The notes beneath the pieces were generated by a model. It did no database searches. It was not told the DNA's origin and saw nothing but the letters and a program-made list of their open reading frames with translations. From an archaeon (lineage in GTDB: Archaea; Asgardarchaeota; Heimdallarchaeia; Heimdallarchaeales; JAJRWK01), in NCBI GenBank assembly GCA_024276795.1, contig JAJRWK010000063.1, forward strand, positions 3,800-67,799: a stretch of DNA of 64,000 bases, given 5' to 3'. Shown piece by piece: positions 58,781 to 64,000 of the stretch; the first letter of the stretch is position 1; each line of letters opens with the position of its first letter. The position numbers were made by a program, and so were the translations under genes.

Positions 58781-60154
58781 TTGAACGTAAAAAGAGATGC
58801 TATGAGTATTGATTTTCGCGTTTTAGAAAAAGATGAAATTGTGCAATGGTTGGTAGATATCCTCCAAATTGATACCACGAATCCCCCAGGAAACGAACTT
58901 CCGTTAGCAAACTATCTTGCAAAAGTTCTTCAAAAGGAGGGTTACGAGCCCGAAATCATTGAAACTGAAAACAATAGAGGGATTCTTTACCTGAGAATTC
59001 CCGGAAAATCTGGCAAGCCGAAGCTCTTGCTCATGTCTCATTCAGATGTTGTTCCTGCCGAAAAGGACACATGGAAACATCCACCATTCTCAGGGAAAAT
59101 CGTTGATGGAGAAATCTGGGGAAGAGGCGCCCTTGATTGCAAAGGACTAGTGATTATGGAACTAGCAGCAGTAATCGCTCTGAAAAGATCAGGGTTCAAA
59201 CCGGAACATGATCTAATCTACTTAGTTGTCCCAGATGAAGAAGTAGGAGGGGAAAAGGGAGCAAAATACATGGTGGAAAATCACCCAGACAAGGTGAAAG
59301 TTCCTTATCTCATAAATGAAGGAGGAGGAGGTGGATTGCGGAAGAAAAACAAGTGGCTATTTACAATAAGTAATGCAGAGAAAGGTGCTTTTTGGGCTTG
59401 GGTTAAAGTTTTCGGTACTCCGGGTCATGGTTCTGTTCCTAGAGCCTCGAAAAACGCTCTCCATGATCTTGCTAAGGTTATTCACATTCTAGAGAAACAC
59501 AAGACGAAGATTAGCCCCACGGAAGATGTGCTAAAACAAATCGAAATGCTGGGAGGTGGAAAAACCGCTAGATTCATTTTTTCACATCAGAAACTAGCAG
59601 ATTTCATTCTTTCACATCCCATAGGAGAACTGAAGAAAGCAGGAGCGATGTTGGACGCAATGATACGACCCACAATTGCCATAACCATGGCAGAAGGAAG
59701 TGATAAGGTGAATGTTATCCCGGGAGAGGCTCGAATCGGAATTGACGCGAGATTATTGCCAGGCCAAAATTGGGAAGACCTTGAAGAAGAGCTCAACCGT
59801 GCACTAAGGGGAAAGGTGAAGTACTCAATTGAGCAACAGAAAGGCATGGGCATGCCCGGAAGCATTAGTCCATTTGATACTCCTTTGAAAGAATCTATCG
59901 AAAAAGTACTCATTCGGCATGAACCAAGCGCGATGGTGGTTCCTTACCAATTAACTGGCGCAACGGATTCTCGTTTCTTCAGAACTACTTTCGGAACAGT
60001 TGCCTATGGATTCATGCCTTTTAAGATTACTGGCAACATAGACGAAGTCTTTTCACAAGTACATGGAAGAAACGAAAGAATCAGCATCGAGAATCTAGTT
60101 TGGGGATCCCAAATCTTGACAGAAGTTGTTGATAATTTCTTATCGATTCCTTAG
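58781..60154 (+). CDS. M20-family metallopeptidase (ArgE/DapE/CPG2-like)
   Basis: LLLMSHSDVVPA (H-x-D metal site), GRGALDCKG and the EEVGG metal-ligand block. Confidence 0.7.
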   Translation: MNVKRDAMSIDFRVLEKDEIVQWLVDILQIDTTNPPGNELPLANYLAKVLQKEGYEPEIIETENNRGILYLRIPGKSGKPKLLLMSHSDVVPAEKDTWKHPPFSGKIVDGEIWGRGALDCKGLVIMELAAVIALKRSGFKPEHDLIYLVVPDEEVGGEKGAKYMVENHPDKVKVPYLINEGGGGGLRKKNKWLFTISNAEKGAFWAWVKVFGTPGHGSVPRASKNALHDLAKVIHILEKHKTKISPTEDVLKQIEMLGGGKTARFIFSHQKLADFILSHPIGELKKAGAMLDAMIRPTIAITMAEGSDKVNVIPGEARIGIDARLLPGQNWEDLEEELNRALRGKVKYSIEQQKGMGMPGSISPFDTPLKESIEKVLIRHEPSAMVVPYQLTGATDSRFFRTTFGTVAYGFMPFKITGNIDEVFSQVHGRNERISIENLVWGSQILTEVVDNFLSIP

Positions 60155-60169
60155 CGGGGCTCAAAAGCC

Positions 60170-61186
60170 TCATCGATTATGGCCGGGATTAGAAAGGTGA
60201 TCAAGCACAGGGTATTTCTCTTCATGCACTTCATCTATCGGAATCTCATCTTCTGTATATTTGGGACGGGTAGGTTTATAGATAGTTCTCGTAACCACGT
60301 AAGATGCAATTAAGGCATAAGTTGTTCCCATGATCAAATCAATGATGTAATGATGCTTCAAGTAAACGGCAGAAAAGAATACTCCAATAGGGTAGAGAAC
60401 AACAGGAATAGCCTTTTTGCCATAGTTCCGTATGGCAAAGAATGCGACCATAAATGAATATGCAGCATGCAGAGACGGAACCGCAGCAAAAGGATTAGAA
60501 TTAAGAGTACCATAGACTTGAGAAAACAAGTCTATCCCTAGGAAATTGTCGATTTTTCGCAAACCAGCTGCCGATTCGGTTGGAACAAACCTGGCGGTGG
60601 GCTGTGTAAATCCGTGTCCCCAGACCCACCATGGAGGGGCAGCGGGAAATCTCCAAAAAGTGAGCAAAGCCAGATAACTAGTAATAGTGAGTGTCCAAGT
60701 GAATTCAAAGAATGGACGCTTGTCCTCTGGATTCTTCCAAAGAAAATACCCTAGTAGAATGGGTGCAAACAAGTGCAGTGAATACAGAGTAGCCGTCAAG
60801 AAATCGAGTACAGGATTCTGGAAACGATCAAGCCAAAAAGCGGGTATGTCGCCTCCGAAGAAACTACCAAATAGGATTTTTTCGATTTCATAGGGCTCTC
60901 TTACATGGATGTACTGATTGTCATCAGCAAGAGAACGCAAGAGATCATACATTACGAAGAATGAAATAAGAGGAAACCAGTCTCTTGTGAATTCCTTACC
61001 AAATCCGAACCGAATGAGTATTAGAACGATAGTAACTATGAGGTTGAAAATGGTGAAGCGGTTATGCACTTGATAAGTCAGGAAGAAATAAGTTACGAGA
61101 AAAACTGTCCCGACTGTTACTTCGGGTATCTCGTCCTTAGCAACACGCCTAATACTGCGCCAGTCGAATTCGTCGAAAGTGATCAT
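60170..61186 (-). CDS. PAP2-superfamily membrane phosphatase/phosphotransferase (Aur1/SMS-like motifs)
   Basis: PSLHAAYS (C2-like) and HHYIIDLIMG (H-x-x-x-D, C3). Multiple TM helices. Confidence 0.45.
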   Translation of the reverse strand: MITFDEFDWRSIRRVAKDEIPEVTVGTVFLVTYFFLTYQVHNRFTIFNLIVTIVLILIRFGFGKEFTRDWFPLISFFVMYDLLRSLADDNQYIHVREPYEIEKILFGSFFGGDIPAFWLDRFQNPVLDFLTATLYSLHLFAPILLGYFLWKNPEDKRPFFEFTWTLTITSYLALLTFWRFPAAPPWWVWGHGFTQPTARFVPTESAAGLRKIDNFLGIDLFSQVYGTLNSNPFAAVPSLHAAYSFMVAFFAIRNYGKKAIPVVLYPIGVFFSAVYLKHHYIIDLIMGTTYALIASYVVTRTIYKPTRPKYTEDEIPIDEVHEEKYPVLDHLSNPGHNR

Positions 61187-61440
61187 GTGTAGTTCCTCAG
61201 GATTAAGATTTAGTTCTGAAATTGGCGGAAGCGCTTTCGATTGGGAGACCTTAATCCATCAAAAAGATCACATGAAACATTAAGAAACTTTACTTTTCTA
61301 CGCTAATTCGTCCTTTCTGAGTCAAGTGATTATGAATTATTTTTCATGATCACCCAAAAGTCGAAGGTTCCAAGGAAGGAGTCCCTTCGATTTGGACACA
61401 ATTAGCTAAAGTTATAGAGGGGCTTTTTGATGATCCCACA

Positions 61441-62016
61441 ATGAGCTCTCTTGCTTCAGTAGTAATAGGGGTCACGGGTCTTCCTGCGTCGGGAAAAGGA
61501 GTTTTTGCTGAAATCACAAAACAACATGGTTTCTCAGTAATAGTGATGGGAGACGTTATTCGTGAAGAAGTAAAAAAAAGAGGGCTACCCGTTACAAGGG
61601 AGCATTCAAATAAAATAATGATTGAGTTGAGAGAAGAGCATGGCGAAGGGGTCGTTGCGCTAAAAACGATTCCTTGGGTCAAGAGAGCTCTTAAGGAGGG
61701 AAAGAATCGGATTCTCATTGACGGATTGAGGTCACTGACTGAGGCAGAAATATTGCGAAAGCAATTTTCAGATTTTTTAGTAATTGGCATTCATGCTTCT
61801 CCACGTGTTCGGTTCGACCGGATTAGATCCAGACACCGCAAAGACGATTCAAGCACGTGGGATGAGTTTCAAAAAAGGGACGAACTTGAACTTTCAGTGG
61901 GTATTGGTAATTTATTGGCCTTAAGTGATATTCTTGTTTCAAACCAAGGGAACATTGAAGAAGCCAAGAAACAATTCGAAGAAGTGATCAATGATGTCCT
62001 TGCCCAATTCAAATGA
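61441..62016 (+). CDS. UPF0200-family P-loop nucleotide kinase (dephospho-CoA-kinase-like)
   Basis: Walker A GVTGLPASGKG. ~190 aa. Adjacent to a UPF0201-like gene, as in many archaea. Confidence 0.55.
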   Translation: MSSLASVVIGVTGLPASGKGVFAEITKQHGFSVIVMGDVIREEVKKRGLPVTREHSNKIMIELREEHGEGVVALKTIPWVKRALKEGKNRILIDGLRSLTEAEILRKQFSDFLVIGIHASPRVRFDRIRSRHRKDDSSTWDEFQKRDELELSVGIGNLLALSDILVSNQGNIEEAKKQFEEVINDVLAQFK

Positions 62017-62422
62017 TACAAATCTCGAGGTTTATGTCACTATCGAGGCTCCCCTTTTTCCAACCGAGAAACCAGAAAAACTGATTCACGCAATGTCTAA
62101 CATTCTGCCTACAGAGTTTTCAAGAGACGAAAGGTCAACGGGCATATTTATCGTAGGAATGGCAAAAGGGCTAGAGAGCCTAACCAAGTTCAGGGAATTA
62201 GTGAAGAAATTTCAAATCGGTCCCATGATCAGAAATCGGCTTCTTCACAGCATTCTTGATAATATGACCACATTATACATGAATAAGCAAGCAGCATTCG
62301 TGGGAAAAATTGCTTTACTTGACGTTAACGAAGAACCACCGCTGGGCGTCATTTCATTTTCTATAGTCAGCAACAACCTTGAGAAGGTAATCGATTGGAT
62401 TTTCAGCAGAGAAAATAAGTGA
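61991..62422 (+). CDS. UPF0201-family protein
   Basis: Conserved archaeal partner of UPF0200, ~140 aa. Overlaps the upstream gene. Confidence 0.4.
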   Translation: MMSLPNSNDTNLEVYVTIEAPLFPTEKPEKLIHAMSNILPTEFSRDERSTGIFIVGMAKGLESLTKFRELVKKFQIGPMIRNRLLHSILDNMTTLYMNKQAAFVGKIALLDVNEEPPLGVISFSIVSNNLEKVIDWIFSRENK

Positions 62423-62481
62423 ACAAACAAAAAACCACGTTGCCGAAAAATAGACACGTCAGTGGGAATAATTACGTCAAC

Positions 62482-62748
62482 CTAGATGTTCTTCTGACCA
62501 TATTTGAGTTCCCGAGCTAACAAGAGAACTAGCAATCCTACTCCACCACCTATAGCGATATTGATCGCTAGAGAATGGATATTCTGCCCGGAAAGCTTGG
62601 AAAATAACCACCCTAAGAACAGAAAAATCCAGATCCAAAAGAATCCAACCGTCCCCCCAATTAAGATTCCATAGTAAACGCGAGAAACACCAGTTTGTTT
62701 TTCAGATGCGGTCCCCGGATCAATCATTACGTATATTGTAATTATCAA
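62482..62748 (-). CDS. Small membrane protein
   Basis: Two hydrophobic helices. Confidence 0.25.
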   Translation of the reverse strand: MIITIYVMIDPGTASEKQTGVSRVYYGILIGGTVGFFWIWIFLFLGWLFSKLSGQNIHSLAINIAIGGGVGLLVLLLARELKYGQKNI

Positions 62749-62841
62749 AGCTTTAAATTCTAGGGAATATAGCTTCTGTCCATTTCTCTTTCTTCATTAG
62801 AGGTGATATGGTTAAGTATTGGATGCCCACAATAGCTACCA

Positions 62842-64000
62842 ATGAAACCTTCACGAACCAAATTTGAACAATTTCTAAATATCGAATTAGCAGGGGGGGG
62901 CTCATTTTACGGGAATGAAAATGCAATAGTTTTCGTTTATGACAGCCCGGGAACGCTGCAGATTTTCAAACAATCCTTAGGAGATCAACACTGTAAGTGG
63001 CCCCAGAGACTAACCTTTCACGAGGATCGTTGTACTGACCCTAGAGTGTTGCCGGATGACACGATCGTTTTTTGCAAGGACAAGGGAGGAAATGAAAATT
63101 ATCAAATTCACGCCATTTTTCCCAGTGGAGATGAAGCCGTCCTATCCAGCGATGAGAATGCGAAGCACATGTTGGGCTTTGTTGGAAGATCCCACTTCTA
63201 TTTTAGTGCAAACCTAGAAGACAAAACTCGATTCGATGTGTATCGATTTAGCGTTCCTATCAAGGAAGATTGTGAATTCAAGCTCGTCCATAAGACTCAG
63301 CCGGGAATCATCGTGATTCCACGAGCAGAATCGCCTAGTGCGAAAAAAATAGCAACACTGTATGCCAAGAGCAACATGGATTCTGACATCTATCTCTATG
63401 ATTTTGAAACGAAGACGTTGAAGAATGCTTCCCAGGAAATCAAAAACAAAAGAACAGCACGCTTCACCCCATGGGAATTTCTTGATGATGAGAAGCTGAT
63501 TGTAACTTCAGATCTCAATAGGGAATTCATGTGCCTAGCAATTCTGGACACAACTTCAAATCAACTTATTTGGCTGGAGGAAGATCTTTGGGACACTGTT
63601 AATGTCCTGTACCACAGAGAAACAGATCAACTAGTTTATACTAAGAACGAAGACGGAATAACAAAACTCTATTTGATGAGAGACTTCTCAAAAAGCCAAG
63701 AACTCAACCCACATGAACTACCACTTCCTGGTATTGGTAACATATTGGCAGGAGACTACAGATCATGGACAAAAGCAATTCAGTTTTCCAAAAACGGAAA
63801 ACACTTGCTATTCTCCTTTTCCTCGGGCAAACTTAATCCCAATCTATGGATGCTATACATTGAAAAGAGTGAACTAAAAAGATAACCTATGCGGGAACTG
63901 CCGGTCTATCAGAAGAAGACTTTGTAAGTGCAGAATTGCGGCACTTTGAGAGCTTTGATGGTCTTAAAGTTCCTTACTTCATTTATGTGCCAAGAAATGC
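62842..64000 (+). pseudogene. S9 prolyl-oligopeptidase-family peptidase: beta-propeller ORF ending at 63885, with the catalytic domain continuing in another frame after a frameshift at an A5 run (63876-63880)
   Basis: Propeller-like ORF 62842-63885. Downstream, the +2 frame reads ...KKITYAGTAGLSEEDFVSAELRHFESFDGLKVPYFIYVPRN, which is the canonical start of an S9 catalytic domain (F-x-S-x-DG-x-x-I-P-x-x-x-x-x-P). This frame runs off the window end. Confidence 0.5.

Noticed and set aside
61350-61790. 146-aa minus-strand ORF
   Set aside because: It is fully antisense to the UPF0200 P-loop kinase gene, which has a clear Walker A motif. Treated as a shadow ORF.
1-64000. CRISPR arrays, IS elements or transposases, integrases, rRNA genes
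   Set aside because: No regularly spaced direct repeats, no DDE transposase or integrase motifs, and no rRNA-like conserved strings were noticed on either strand.

Overview
This window looks like an archaeal chromosomal segment (roughly 40% GC by eye). The archaeal call rests on Orc1/Cdc6, archaeal DnaG primase, membrane-anchored LonB, class-I CCA-adding enzyme, archaeal-type TyrRS, Tsr3, NucS/EndoMS, a CDP-archaeol-synthase-like gene, a UPF0200/UPF0201 pair and TATA-box leaderless promoters. Genes are densely packed on both strands and are mostly housekeeping: translation, RNA processing, nucleotide metabolism, replication, transporters and proteases. Eight things stand out.
1. A bshC / bshA / bshB-like three-gene cluster (6701-10398) that would make a bacillithiol-type low-molecular-weight thiol. 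This is a bacterial pathway that would be unusual in an archaeon.
2. An E1-like ThiF/MoeB protein with an unexplained C-terminal extension of about 120 aa, flanked by membrane proteins and hypothetical proteins.
3. Two separate TldD/PmbA metalloprotease pairs.
4. An orphan C5 DNA methyltransferase with a PCE variant of motif IV, next to a stand-alone AsnC/RAM-type domain protein.
5. A GC-rich structured RNA of about 320 nt that I interpret as RNase P RNA.
6. An operon linking a zinc-ribbon SF2 helicase to an ABC transporter.
7. Two paralogous small TerB-like proteins.
8. Three interrupted genes. One has an in-frame TAG, one an in-frame TAA, and one a frameshift at an A5 run. TAG and TAA are genuine stops elsewhere in the window, so these are pseudogenes, sequencing errors or recoding.
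No rRNA, convincing tRNA, CRISPR array or IS/transposase was found. All calls come from reading motifs in the supplied translations and the DNA. No database searches were run.
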